A stretch of DNA of 64,000 nucleotides from Massilia sp. (GTDB taxonomy: Bacteria; Pseudomonadota; Gammaproteobacteria; Burkholderiales; Burkholderiaceae_D), in NCBI GenBank assembly GCA_045810445.1, contig JBJMVX010000276.1, positions 954-64,953 on the forward strand, given 5' to 3'. The translations under genes were made by a program, and so were the position numbers. The notes beneath the pieces are model-generated. The model saw only the letters and a program-made list of their open reading frames with translations. It was not told the origin of the DNA and searched no databases. Positions 21,621 to 31,522 of the stretch are shown piece after piece (positions within the stretch are counted from its first letter, which is position 1; the number at the start of each line of letters is the position of its first letter).

Positions 21621-22037
21621 TTACTGAAGCTGTTTTTCGATCATTTTGTCGACCATCTTGTCCGTGCCCGCCTCGGGTGGCGGCGCAGGCGGCTTTTTCG
21701 GCGCCTCGAATCCACGGTTATCCTGGATCTTGATGGTCTTGCTGGTCTTGTTTTCGTCCGTGCAATCAGTATTCGACACCACCATCTTGCCCTTGATGAG
21801 GCACTTGCGCATCGGGCCGGCGCTGCTGCTGGTGCCCGATTTGGCAGCGTCGACGATGGCGCCGGCCGGACTGTCAGTGACGGCCTTGCTCGCCTTGGCG
21901 GCGCCTTCGGCAAACAGATTGCGCTCGCTGCGGATCGAGATCAAGGCTGTCATGGCCACGGCAGCGAGCACCATGGCGCCGATGACAACCGGCACCAGCT
22001 TCAGTTCGCCGCGCTGGCGCTGCTTTTGTGGCTTCAT
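21621..22037 (-). CDS. Hypothetical membrane-anchored protein (DUF4124-like)
   Basis: KQRG then one hydrophobic helix; KC..KGK...S...C segment; ATGA-type overlap with mtgA. Confidence 0.6.
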   Translation of the reverse strand: MKPQKQRQRGELKLVPVVIGAMVLAAVAMTALISIRSERNLFAEGAAKASKAVTDSPAGAIVDAAKSGTSSSAGPMRKCLIKGKMVVSNTDCTDENKTSKTIKIQDNRGFEAPKKPPAPPPEAGTDKMVDKMIEKQLQ

Positions 22038-22744
22038 GGCAGCTCCGCCGCGCTCATGCGGTTCACGATCAGATTGGTACGCCGCGCCAGGTAATTGGTA
22101 TCGCGGTGCTTGTCATAATAACGAGGATTGGGCAGCATCACGGCCAGCTTGGCCGCCTGAGCACTGCCCAGGGCCGCAGCACTGATATGGAAATAATGGC
22201 GCGCCGCCGCTTCCGCACCGAATATGCCCTGGCCGTATTCGACCACGTTCAGATACAGCTCCAGGATGCGTTCCTTGCTCATGACCGTCTCCAGCATGAA
22301 GGCAATGACCATTTCCTGGCCCTTGCGCAGATAGTTGCGTGAGCCCGAGAGGAACAAATTCTTGGCCAGCTGTTGGGTAATGGTGGAGCCGCCGCCCACC
22401 ACCTTGTGCTTCTTGTTGTTGCGCTCGTAGGCTTTTTGCAAGGCTTCCCAATCCACGCCGTCGTGGTCGGTAAAGTTGGCGTCTTCAGAGGCGATCACCG
22501 CGCGCTTGAGATTGTCCGAAATGGCCTTGTAGGGCACCCATTGCTGCTGCAACTCGGCTTTCGGGTTTTTTTCGCGCAGCACGCTCAGCTGATTGCTCAT
22601 CATGCTGGTCATGCGCGGGTTGACGTTGGCGTACCAGCACACCATCAGGAAGAAATACAGTTGCACCAGCAGCACGATCAGCAGCGGCCCCAGAATCAGC
22701 CAGGTGAGCCAGCGCCGGCCGGTTTTGGAAGAAGCTTTGCTCAT
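22034..22744 (-). CDS. mtgA: Monofunctional biosynthetic peptidoglycan transglycosylase
   Basis: SEDANFTDHDGVD, GGSTITQQLAKNLFL, RK..E, KERILELYLN. Confidence 0.95.
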   Translation of the reverse strand: MSKASSKTGRRWLTWLILGPLLIVLLVQLYFFLMVCWYANVNPRMTSMMSNQLSVLREKNPKAELQQQWVPYKAISDNLKRAVIASEDANFTDHDGVDWEALQKAYERNNKKHKVVGGGSTITQQLAKNLFLSGSRNYLRKGQEMVIAFMLETVMSKERILELYLNVVEYGQGIFGAEAAARHYFHISAAALGSAQAAKLAVMLPNPRYYDKHRDTNYLARRTNLIVNRMSAAELP

Positions 22745-23556
22745 GATGAAGGTCGCATGCGGTCCAGAAGAGTTGCCGTTTCCGGCCGAACACCGCGCCA
22801 TAGGGCGAAGGCTTCGGCGGCCTGTTCCACCAACATGCCCAGCCCATCGCGGGTGCGGGCACCGTGGCGCGCGGCGAAGTCCATGAACAAGGTTGGTTTG
22901 TTTCCGTACATCATATCCAATGCCAGGGTGGACTGGGTAAATATTGCTGGCGGCAGGGGCGGCAGTTCGCCTGCCAGGCTGGCCGAGGTGGCGTTGATGA
23001 TCAGGTCAAACGTGCCATCCAGGTTGGCGAACTCACAGGCAGAGAGTTTCCGGTCAGGCGAGGCAAAGCGCGCCACCAGGGCGTCGGCGCCGGCGCGGCT
23101 GCGATTGGCAATGACCAGTTCGGCGGGCCCTTGCTCGAGCAGGGGCAGCATGGCGCCACGCGCCGCGCCGCCAGCACCCAGCAGCAGGACGCGCTTGCCT
23201 GCAATGGCCACGCCCGCATTGCGCACAATGTCGTTGACGAGGCCTGCGCCGTCGGTGTTGTCGCCATGGATTTGGCCGCCGTGAAAGCTGAGTGTGTTGA
23301 CAGCGCCCGCCGCGGCCGCGCGCGGACTCAGCACGGTGGCCAGGCTCGCTGCTTCGAGCTTGAAAGGAACGGTGACGTTGGCGCCTTGGCAACCGGCTGT
23401 CACCAGGCTGGCCACAGTGGCCGCGAAGCCATCGAGCGGCGCCAGGCAGGTGTCGTACTGGAGTGCTTGCCCGGTTTGCAGGGCGAAGGCAGCGTGGATG
23501 GCGGGCGACTTGCTGTGGGCGACAGGGTTGCCGATCACATAGTAGCGATCGCTCAC
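22741..23556 (-). CDS. aroE: Shikimate dehydrogenase
   Basis: GNPVAHSKSP, NVTVPFK, GAVNT, NTDG, GAGGAARG, GLGMLVEQA. Confidence 0.96.
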   Translation of the reverse strand: MSDRYYVIGNPVAHSKSPAIHAAFALQTGQALQYDTCLAPLDGFAATVASLVTAGCQGANVTVPFKLEAASLATVLSPRAAAAGAVNTLSFHGGQIHGDNTDGAGLVNDIVRNAGVAIAGKRVLLLGAGGAARGAMLPLLEQGPAELVIANRSRAGADALVARFASPDRKLSACEFANLDGTFDLIINATSASLAGELPPLPPAIFTQSTLALDMMYGNKPTLFMDFAARHGARTRDGLGMLVEQAAEAFALWRGVRPETATLLDRMRPSS

Positions 23557-24422
23557 CGCATCTCCGTTTCCAGGGTGTTATTACGCAGGAAGGTGAAGTG
23601 GGTCACCATTACCCACACGTCTTCCTTGTCGGTCGAGCGCATTTTCGGCGGAAATTTTCCAAACGGCGCAGCGCGCCGCACAATGGCCAGGGCCGCCTTG
23701 TCCAGGTCGGCGTTGCCTGAACTTTTTTCTATCGTCGCGCCATCCACCTGGTAGATGCTGCCATCCTGGAACACGGGAATGCTGATGGTCAGATCACCAT
23801 AGAGCTTGCGGCCATTTTTTTGGGGGAAATTCAGCGTCCCCATTTCCTCGATCCGCTTTTTCATTTCCGAGTAGTACATGGCGTACCCGGCTTCCCTGGT
23901 GCTCGGGGAGATATAGGTCTTTTTCGGGCGCTTGTTTTCGTCTTCCACGCGCTTGTAGATTTCCGCTTCCTTGCGCGCCATCGCCTTGCTCGTCTCCATC
24001 ACGTCGGCCCCGGTTCGGTTGGGGTCCGGCTTGTCTTCGACACTGCTGGCGGCGGTCTTGAACTGCGACTTCCTGGATTGGTCCAGCAGGGTTTTCTGGG
24101 CCTCGGCCAGCTCGGTGATGCGCTTTTCAGCCGTCTTGATGCTGTCGCCCGTTTCGATGCGGCGCAAGTCGGGCAGGGGCGACTTGGCATGACCCTTGTC
24201 GGCGTCACCGCCACCGTCCAGATTGGCCTGGGCGATGGCTTCGGCATTGATGGGCGCCTTGGCGTGCTTGGCATTGACCAGGATAACTTCCAGGCCAGGG
24301 TCGACCGGTTTCATGCGGAAGGCATCCGGCGCCGCAAAGCGCACTGCCAGCAAACCGGCGTGCAACAGGACGGAGACGGCGATGGCGATATGCAGCGGAG
24401 TGAGTTGGCTAGGAGACTTCAC
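23553..24422 (-). CDS. TonB/TolA C-terminal domain energy-transducer family protein
   Basis: N-terminal SVLLHA TM anchor; C-terminal SSGNADLDKAALAIVRRAAPF. Confidence 0.8.
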   Translation of the reverse strand: MKSPSQLTPLHIAIAVSVLLHAGLLAVRFAAPDAFRMKPVDPGLEVILVNAKHAKAPINAEAIAQANLDGGGDADKGHAKSPLPDLRRIETGDSIKTAEKRITELAEAQKTLLDQSRKSQFKTAASSVEDKPDPNRTGADVMETSKAMARKEAEIYKRVEDENKRPKKTYISPSTREAGYAMYYSEMKKRIEEMGTLNFPQKNGRKLYGDLTISIPVFQDGSIYQVDGATIEKSSGNADLDKAALAIVRRAAPFGKFPPKMRSTDKEDVWVMVTHFTFLRNNTLETEMR

Positions 24423-24503
24423 GCGATCAGAAACATTGCTGTTGAATCAAAGAACGGCCATTCTACATTCTAATGGCCGGCCCGGGGCCATCTCGTGAGC
24501 CCC

Positions 24504-26546
24504 TCAGTTCGCCTCGGGCTGGGGCGCCACCACCGCCGCCGCGCTCTCGGCCAGGGCCGCCTCCGGCACCGGCGCCTCGGCTGCGCCGGCGCCCTCTTCT
24601 TCATAGTCCAGGTCGGCATCGGCTGCCACCACGGTCGTGGTCGGCACTTCCAGCAGACGCGCCTCGATGGTCAGGTCGACTTCATCCCAGCGCAGGATGT
24701 CGAGCTTGACCTGGGCACCGCGCGCCACCGCCGGCATGCCAGGCAGGCGAATGATGAGGGGAATATCGACCAGGCGCAGCACCTCGTCCTTGAGCACCAC
24801 CGCCTCGACCTGGCTGGCGTCCTGCTGGCCCAGCCAGCGCAAGCACCAGTAACGTTCCATGTTCTGCTGGTGGTCGTTGTAGGCCGCGTAGGCCGCGTCA
24901 AAGGCGGACACGATGGCAAACAGATTGGCGTCGCGCGGCTTGAACGGGGCCACCAGGGGCGCGGTGACGCCCTTCTCGGCGCAAGCGATAATTTGCCATT
25001 GGTTGACCAGATCGGTGTAGCGGCGCAGCGGCGAGGTCGACCAGGCGTACTGGTCCACGCCCAGGCCCTGATGGGGCGCAGCGTGGGTGACCATGCGCAC
25101 CTGCATCTTGGCGGCCCAGCCGGCGCCGCTGCCCGCGCCTTGCGAGCGGTAAATGCCAGGAACGCCGCAGTCGTGCATCAGCTTGCCCCAGGTACTGTTG
25201 GCAAAAATCATCAGCTCGGCCACGATCTTGTCGAGCGGCGCGCCACGCTTGCGGCGCACGACCGACACCACGTCGTCATCCACATAGAAATTGAAGTCGA
25301 CCCGGTTGTTCTGCTCCGGCTTGAGACCGAATTCCTCGCGCTTTTTCATGCGCCCAGCTTCCAGGTGCTGGGCCCACAACCACAACTGGCCCAGTTCGGC
25401 CTTGTGCGGATACTCGCCCGCGCCGCTGGCCAGGGTTTCTTCATTGACCAGCTCATCGAGGTCGTTGTGGCGCAGATTGCTCTGGATGGGCACCAGCTCG
25501 GCGCGGGTGACGGTGGAAATCACGCGCCAGTCGGCCGGATCCAGCGTCGCGTACAGCGACAGGGCCGGGCAGGTTTTGCCTTCGGCCAGGGTGAAGGCAT
25601 TGACCACCTCGTCCGGCAGCATGGTGATTTTGTCGCCCGGCATATATACCGTAGACATGCGGCTGCGCGCCAATTTGTCGACCGCGTCATCAGGACGGAT
25701 GCCCAGGCCAGGCGCGGCAATGTGGATACCCACCCGCAGCGTGCCGTCCGGCAGCGTGACAACGGAAAACGCATCGTCGATTTCGGTCGTGGTCACGTCA
25801 TCGATGGAAAACGCGGCGACTTCGGCCAGCGGCAAGCCGCCAGGTGTGGCCGGCACCGGCACCGCAGGAAACGCTGCGCCGCGCGGGAAGTTCTCAAACA
25901 GGAAGCGCGCCATGTGCAGCGCCTTCGGTGAGGCGACCCCGCCCGTGGCCAGCATCAGGCGTGGCGGCGTGGTGTGCAATTCATTGCAGGCCGCTTCCAG
26001 CGCCTTGTATTCGATCGTGTTCTTGTCGGGCTTGAACAGCAGTTGCTGCACCAGGGCCGCCATGGCCGGCGGCAGGCGATTCTCCTTCAACTCGGCCACG
26101 TAGGCGTCCTGCACCAGGGCTTGCTGCTTTTTCTTTTCAATGCCGGCCTGGGCCGCGCGCAGCGACGCTTCAGGCGCTGCCTTGTAGCGGCCGCGGCCCT
26201 TCTTGTAGAAATAAATGGGCGCGCCATGCAGCGCCAGGATCAGGCCGGCCGATTCGGTCGCCAGCGGGGTGTGGCCGAAATATTCGGCGCCCAGCTCGGC
26301 AAAGCCGAACTCTTCCTGGCCCGCCACTTCCCACAGGAATTCAAAGTCGACATCGGCGGCAATCGCCTTGGCTGCTTCCAGCAATTCTTCGGCCGAAGGC
26401 TTCTCGTACTGCACCAGCACGTCCTTGACCTTGACCTTGGTGCGTTTCCCGCTCGGTATCTCGACCTGGTAGGCCTCGCCCGCCTGGGACAATACGCTGC
26501 CGACCTTGAAATCGCCGGACTCTTCAAAAAATAGATTCATGTTCAC
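24504..26546 (-). CDS. RNB-domain exoribonuclease (RNase II family)
   Basis: SIDDVTTTEIDDA, STVYMPG, STSPLRRYTDL; start 26546 or 26540. Confidence 0.92.
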   Translation of the reverse strand: MNMNLFFEESGDFKVGSVLSQAGEAYQVEIPSGKRTKVKVKDVLVQYEKPSAEELLEAAKAIAADVDFEFLWEVAGQEEFGFAELGAEYFGHTPLATESAGLILALHGAPIYFYKKGRGRYKAAPEASLRAAQAGIEKKKQQALVQDAYVAELKENRLPPAMAALVQQLLFKPDKNTIEYKALEAACNELHTTPPRLMLATGGVASPKALHMARFLFENFPRGAAFPAVPVPATPGGLPLAEVAAFSIDDVTTTEIDDAFSVVTLPDGTLRVGIHIAAPGLGIRPDDAVDKLARSRMSTVYMPGDKITMLPDEVVNAFTLAEGKTCPALSLYATLDPADWRVISTVTRAELVPIQSNLRHNDLDELVNEETLASGAGEYPHKAELGQLWLWAQHLEAGRMKKREEFGLKPEQNNRVDFNFYVDDDVVSVVRRKRGAPLDKIVAELMIFANSTWGKLMHDCGVPGIYRSQGAGSGAGWAAKMQVRMVTHAAPHQGLGVDQYAWSTSPLRRYTDLVNQWQIIACAEKGVTAPLVAPFKPRDANLFAIVSAFDAAYAAYNDHQQNMERYWCLRWLGQQDASQVEAVVLKDEVLRLVDIPLIIRLPGMPAVARGAQVKLDILRWDEVDLTIEARLLEVPTTTVVAADADLDYEEEGAGAAEAPVPEAALAESAAAVVAPQPEAN

Positions 26547-27121
26547 TTTGCAAAATGGTGGTTGCGGGGCGCCAGTTCCAGGACCGCAGGCAGGAACACC
26601 TCGGTCACCAGCAAGCAGCCCCGCCGGCGGCGATACAGACAGCGCCGCGCATAAAAAATCGTCTCTTCGCTCACGCCCAGCGCGGCCCGCGCACGCTGCA
26701 TCAGCGGGTGGCCGGCGCGGATGCGCGCAAATTCCAGTTGCCCGCGCGTGACCAGCGGGTCGTAAAACAGGGTACTACCGAGCGAACGCTCGCCCAAGGC
26801 ATTAAACAGCGGCCAATCATTGGCCGTGGCCGACATTGGCACCACCGTGTGCGCAAACACCACCGGCGCGCCATCGCAGCGCAGCAGCACTTCGCGTTCC
26901 CACACGCGGCCGGGGCGCTGCATGCCAATGGCGCGCGCCTCGTCAAACAGACACATGGCCGTGCGCTGGTGCAGGCGCTGCACCCGGAAAGCGCTACTGT
27001 GCGCAGTCAGACGCGCGGTCAGCGAACCGGGCGCCGTCAGCCAGGTGCGCATGGCCGCCGGCGCCGCGAGCGCATTGACGTGCGTGTGCCAGCGCGCCTG
27101 GCGCAGCGTCGCGATCCTCAC
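26543..27121 (-). CDS. ubiC: Chorismate pyruvate-lyase
   Basis: WLTAPGSLTARL, REVLL, LGERSLG, VTEVFLP. Confidence 0.88.
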   Translation of the reverse strand: MRIATLRQARWHTHVNALAAPAAMRTWLTAPGSLTARLTAHSSAFRVQRLHQRTAMCLFDEARAIGMQRPGRVWEREVLLRCDGAPVVFAHTVVPMSATANDWPLFNALGERSLGSTLFYDPLVTRGQLEFARIRAGHPLMQRARAALGVSEETIFYARRCLYRRRRGCLLVTEVFLPAVLELAPRNHHFAK

Positions 27122-27702
27122 TGGGCCGCGCCCGCCGGCAGTTGGCAAAACGCGAGCACCTCGTCCACATACTGCTTGAATTCCGAAATCGCATGGTCGC
27201 TGCCCTCGATCAGGTGCTGGCGCGCACCGGCGTAGTGGGCCACCATGTCGCGGTAGTCGAGCACTTCGTCGCCCGTGGCAGCGATCAGGAAGTAGCGCTC
27301 GGGACGCGTGATATGCGGCACCGCCAGCGCGCGCAACTGGTCGATGTAGCCTGGCTTGAATTCAAAGGGTTCGTCCGAATGGTACTGGGTAGTCACGCCC
27401 ACATGCTGGTCCAGGTCCTTGAGCGGGACGATGGCAGGATTGAGCAGCACCGCGCGGCAACCCAGGCGCTCGGCCAGGTAGGTGGCATAGTAGCCGCCCA
27501 GGGAGGAGCCGACAATGGCCAGCTCCTCGGCTGGCACCCCATCCACCAGTTCCAGCGCCAGGGCGATGGCCTCGGCCGGCGAGGCTGGCAGCTGCGGGCA
27601 GCGCAACTGGTCCGACAAGCCCAGTTCCAGCATGCGCACGCCAACCTGGCGCGCCTTCATCGACTTGGGCGAGGAACGAAAACCGTGCAGGTACAAAATC
27701 AT
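27118..27702 (-). CDS. yqiA: YqiA/YcfP family alpha/beta esterase
   Basis: LYLHGFRSSP, GSSLGGYYA, LNPA, GDEVLD, GSDH. Confidence 0.9.
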   Translation of the reverse strand: MILYLHGFRSSPKSMKARQVGVRMLELGLSDQLRCPQLPASPAEAIALALELVDGVPAEELAIVGSSLGGYYATYLAERLGCRAVLLNPAIVPLKDLDQHVGVTTQYHSDEPFEFKPGYIDQLRALAVPHITRPERYFLIAATGDEVLDYRDMVAHYAGARQHLIEGSDHAISEFKQYVDEVLAFCQLPAGAAQ

Positions 27703-29078
27703 CGCGCCAGCGCCTCCAGCAGCTTTTGATGGATGCCGCCAAAGCCGCCATTGCTCATGACCAGGATATGGTCGCCAGGGCGGGCCGCGTCCAGGATGGC
27801 TTGCACCAGGAAGTCGATCTGGTCAAAACTGTGGGCAATGCCGCCCAGGGGACGCAGGGCGTCGGCCAGGCTCCAGCCGAGAGCCTGCTGGCTGCCGTAG
27901 CCAAATACCAGGTCGGCGTCGCGCAGGCTGCCCGGCAGGGCATCCTTCATCGCGCCCAGTTTCATGGTGTTCGAGCGCGGCTCGAGCACTGCCAGGATGC
28001 GACCGCTGTCCGGACCGCTGCCCAGCTTTTGGCGCAAGCCGCCCACGGTGGTGGCAATGGCGGTCGGGTGGTGGGCAAAATCGTCATACACGGTCACGCC
28101 CTTGACCACGCCGCGCACTTCCATGCGGCGCTTGACGTTTTCGAAGCGCGCCAGGGACGCTGCCGCCTGCGGCACGGGCACGCCCACGTGGCGGGCGGCG
28201 GCAATGGCAGCGAGTGCGTTGTAGCGGTTGTGCTTGCCGCTCAAATCCCAGGTCACGGTAGCCAAGGTTTCGCCATTGAAGACCACATCAAAGCTGCCGC
28301 CCGGATGCTCGACCAGGGTCCAGTTCACGCCATCGCTCGTGCCAAAGTGTTCGTGCTCGCTCCAGCAGCCGCGCTTCATCACGCGTCCGAGCGAGGCTTC
28401 GTCGCCATTGACGATCAGCCGGCCAATGCCGGGGACGGTGCGCACCAGGTGGTGGAATTGGGTTTCGATGGCGCCGATATCGGGGAAGATGTCAGCATGA
28501 TCGTATTCGAGGTTGTTCATGACCGCGGTCTTGGCGTGGTAATGGACAAACTTGCTGCGCTTGTCAAAGAAGGCTGTATCGTATTCGTCCGCCTCGATGA
28601 CAAAGAAGTCGGAGCCGGCGCTGGTGCCAGCCAGGCGCGCCGATATGCCAAAGTTCATTGGCACGCCGCCAATCAGAAAGCCAGGCGCATAGCCGGCGTC
28701 TTCCAGGATCCAGGCCAGCATGGCCGAGGTGGTGGTCTTGCCGTGCGTGCCGGCCACGGCCAGCACCCATTTGTCGCGCAGGATGTGTTCGCCAATCCAC
28801 TGGGGACCGGACATATACGGCAGGCTGCGGTTGAGGATCTCTTCAATTAAAGGGTTGCCGCGTGAGACTACATTGCCGATGACGTAAAGATCAGGCGCCA
28901 AGGACGTCTGGTCGGCGCCGAAACCCTGGATCAGCGCGATGCCCTGGGCCTCAAGCTGGGTGCTCATCGGCGGGTAGACATTGGCGTCGCAGCCGGTGAC
29001 CTTGTGACCGGCTTCCTTGGCCAGAACGGCCAGCCCACCCATGAAGGTGCCGCAAATGCCGAGGATATGAATATGCAT
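27699..29078 (-). CDS. mpl: Murein peptide ligase
   Basis: HILGICGTFMG, GTHGKTTT, EADEYDTAFFDKRSKF, DDFAHHPTAI. Confidence 0.96.
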   Translation of the reverse strand: MHIHILGICGTFMGGLAVLAKEAGHKVTGCDANVYPPMSTQLEAQGIALIQGFGADQTSLAPDLYVIGNVVSRGNPLIEEILNRSLPYMSGPQWIGEHILRDKWVLAVAGTHGKTTTSAMLAWILEDAGYAPGFLIGGVPMNFGISARLAGTSAGSDFFVIEADEYDTAFFDKRSKFVHYHAKTAVMNNLEYDHADIFPDIGAIETQFHHLVRTVPGIGRLIVNGDEASLGRVMKRGCWSEHEHFGTSDGVNWTLVEHPGGSFDVVFNGETLATVTWDLSGKHNRYNALAAIAAARHVGVPVPQAAASLARFENVKRRMEVRGVVKGVTVYDDFAHHPTAIATTVGGLRQKLGSGPDSGRILAVLEPRSNTMKLGAMKDALPGSLRDADLVFGYGSQQALGWSLADALRPLGGIAHSFDQIDFLVQAILDAARPGDHILVMSNGGFGGIHQKLLEALAR

Positions 29079-29160
29079 GGTGATAAACGCTGACCAGTTG
29101 TCGAATACGCGATTTTACCCGACGCCATGCCTTTTTCGATTCCAGAGTAATATCTCGCTC

Positions 29161-29796
29161 ATGACGCCTTCGCCCATCGACGACCCATCCCTGCTGCGCT
29201 CCCGCATTGCCGCGATCGCCGCACGCCTGGTCGCCCAGGATGGGGCCGACTATGGCGTGGCCAAGCGCAAGGCGGCCACCCAGGTGCTTGGCGATGCCCA
29301 GCCGCCTTCCAATCTGCTGCCCGACAATGCCCAGGTAGAAGAAGAAGTGCGGCGCTACCAGGCCCTGTTCCAAGGTGACAGCCAGCCGGCCCGCTTGCTG
29401 CGCTTGCGCACGGTGGCCCTGCAGGTGATGGACGCGCTGGCCGCTTTCCAGCCCTATCTGACTGGCGCCGTCCTCAATGGCACGGCCGGCGAACACGACG
29501 ACATCCACTTGCAGCTGTTTGCCGACAGCGCCAAGGAAGTGCAGATTTTCCTTCTAGATAAGAATATCGACATCGAGATCTCGGAAACGGCGCACTTCAA
29601 GGGTGAGCGCTTCGATCCCGTGGAAACGGTGAGCTTCCTGTGGCACCAGGAAGGCGTGCATGCCGAGCTCTATGACCTCAATGACTTACGGGGCGCGCGC
29701 AAGCCGCGCGCCGACGGCCGTTTGCTGCGGGCGGACGCTGCCGCCCTGCGCCAACTGATGGCCGAGGCCGCCGACGAGGGCGCCGACCTGCCCTGA
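29161..29796 (+). CDS. Conserved hypothetical protein with a nucleotidyltransferase-like fold
   Basis: Helical N-terminus, then LTGAVLNGTAGEHDDIHLQLF resembling the hG[GS]x9-13DhD motif; start MTPSP. Confidence 0.7.
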   Translation: MTPSPIDDPSLLRSRIAAIAARLVAQDGADYGVAKRKAATQVLGDAQPPSNLLPDNAQVEEEVRRYQALFQGDSQPARLLRLRTVALQVMDALAAFQPYLTGAVLNGTAGEHDDIHLQLFADSAKEVQIFLLDKNIDIEISETAHFKGERFDPVETVSFLWHQEGVHAELYDLNDLRGARKPRADGRLLRADAAALRQLMAEAADEGADLP

Positions 29797-29833
29797 ACTG
29801 CTTTTCATCGCCTCACTTATCCGGGAATTTTGC

Positions 29834-30388
29834 ATGTCCAAGAAAAATATCGTTACGTATACAGTAGTCGCCGTCCTGTTTGCCGCCCTGGGCGCCTACC
29901 TGGGCCTGAAAAAGGCGCCCCCGGCGCCTGTGGCGGCCGCGCCGGCAGCGCCCGTGGCACAAACCCCGGTCCAGGCCCTGTTTGCCCAGTCCATGAATGA
30001 CGCCAGTGGCGCCAACCATTCCCTGGCGCGCTGGAAGGGCAAGGCGCTGATCGTGAACTTCTGGGCGCCCTGGTGCGGCCCCTGCGTCCAGGAAATGCCG
30101 GAATTGAGCCAATTGGCCCAGGATAGCGCCGCTGCCAATATCAATGTCATCGGGATCGGGATCGATTCGGCTGCCAACATCGGTAAATTCGCCGCTGACC
30201 TGAAAATTGCCTATCCCTTATATGTAGCTGGCTTGAGTGGCACCGAATTGTCCCGCCAGTTTGGCAATACGGCAGGCGGCCTGCCCTACACGGTGCTGAT
30301 CGGCGCCGACGGCCTGGTCAAGAAAACTTACCTGGGCCGCATCAAGTTCGAGGAATTGAAAGCCGATCTGGCCAATCTGAAGTCCTGA
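29834..30388 (+). CDS. TlpA family thiol:disulfide oxidoreductase
   Basis: N-terminal TM; VNFWAPWCGPCVQEMP; GLPYT. Confidence 0.9.
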   Translation: MSKKNIVTYTVVAVLFAALGAYLGLKKAPPAPVAAAPAAPVAQTPVQALFAQSMNDASGANHSLARWKGKALIVNFWAPWCGPCVQEMPELSQLAQDSAAANINVIGIGIDSAANIGKFAADLKIAYPLYVAGLSGTELSRQFGNTAGGLPYTVLIGADGLVKKTYLGRIKFEELKADLANLKS

Positions 30389-30519
30389 GCCTGCCTGGGA
30401 GCGCGGATACTGGCGGTCTGCACTGCCGATAACCGATCCAGCGCTCGCTTTTTTTCGCTTGCCAATGAGAACAGTTGGCGGCAAAATGCCTGACTTTCGC
30501 GTCAAACGGTTCCTTCAAC

Positions 30520-30957
30520 ATGGCAAAAACGCTCCTGCTGCTTAACGGCCCCAACCTGAATCTGCTGGGGACCCGCGAGCCTGAGGTGTACGGCAACCAG
30601 ACGCTGGCCGACATCGAACACGCTGCTGCAGAGCAGGCTGGCGCAGCCGGTGCGACCTTGTTTTGTTACCAAAGCAACCATGAAGGCGCCCTGATCGACC
30701 GTATCCACGCTGCCAAGGCTGAGGGCGTGGACGCGATTGTCATCAATCCGGGTGGATTGACCCATACCAGCGTGGCCTTGCGCGACGCCCTGGCAGGGGT
30801 TGCCATCCCTTTTGTCGAAGTGCATATCTCGAATGTTCATCAACGGGAAGCGTTTCGTCACCATTCATTTTTGTCCGCCATCGCCGTGGGAACCATCTGC
30901 GGGCTGGGCACGGATGGATATCGTTTTGCCATCGACTTCGCGCTCAAAAAGCGTTAA
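30520..30957 (+). CDS. aroQ: Type II 3-dehydroquinate dehydratase
   Basis: [39 protein letters not shown]. Confidence 0.96.
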   Translation: MAKTLLLLNGPNLNLLGTREPEVYGNQTLADIEHAAAEQAGAAGATLFCYQSNHEGALIDRIHAAKAEGVDAIVINPGGLTHTSVALRDALAGVAIPFVEVHISNVHQREAFRHHSFLSAIAVGTICGLGTDGYRFAIDFALKKR

Positions 30958-31048
30958 TCTCCGGGCATCTTCAAGCAATTGCGCGGTTACGCTTTTATCC
31001 GAGCATTCCGCATACCATTAAAATCAAAATAATTCCAAGGGGTTTCAC

Positions 31049-31513
31049 ATGGATCTACGAAAACTCAAGACGCTGATCGATCTCGTCGCCGAATCGGATA
31101 TCGCTGAACTCGAAGTGACCGAGGGCGAGAGCAAAGTTCGCATCGTCAAGTCCTCCGCAATCCCACAGAATCAGATGGTGATGATGCAGCCACAAGGCAT
31201 GCAGCAGCACTTCGCCCCCGCCGCTGGCGCGCCTGCCGCTGCCGCCGCACCTGTTGCCCCTGTCGTGGCCGAGCAAACCGGTCACATCGTCAAGTCGCCC
31301 ATGGTCGGCACCTTCTACCGTTCGTCGGCCCCAGGTTCGCCGGCGTTTGTTGAAGTTGGCGCCACCATCAAGGAAGGTGACACCCTGTGCATCATCGAAG
31401 CGATGAAGCTGCTCAATGAAATCGATTCCGACGTCTCTGGCGTCGTGACCAAGATCCTGGTCGAGAACGGCCAGCCTGTCGAGTTCGGCCAACCGCTGTT
31501 TGTGATTGGCTGA
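31049..31513 (+). CDS. accB: Acetyl-CoA carboxylase biotin carboxyl carrier protein
   Basis: [23 protein letters not shown] biotinylation site. Confidence 0.97.
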   Translation: MDLRKLKTLIDLVAESDIAELEVTEGESKVRIVKSSAIPQNQMVMMQPQGMQQHFAPAAGAPAAAAAPVAPVVAEQTGHIVKSPMVGTFYRSSAPGSPAFVEVGATIKEGDTLCIIEAMKLLNEIDSDVSGVVTKILVENGQPVEFGQPLFVIG

Positions 31514-31522
31514 TCGACGACC

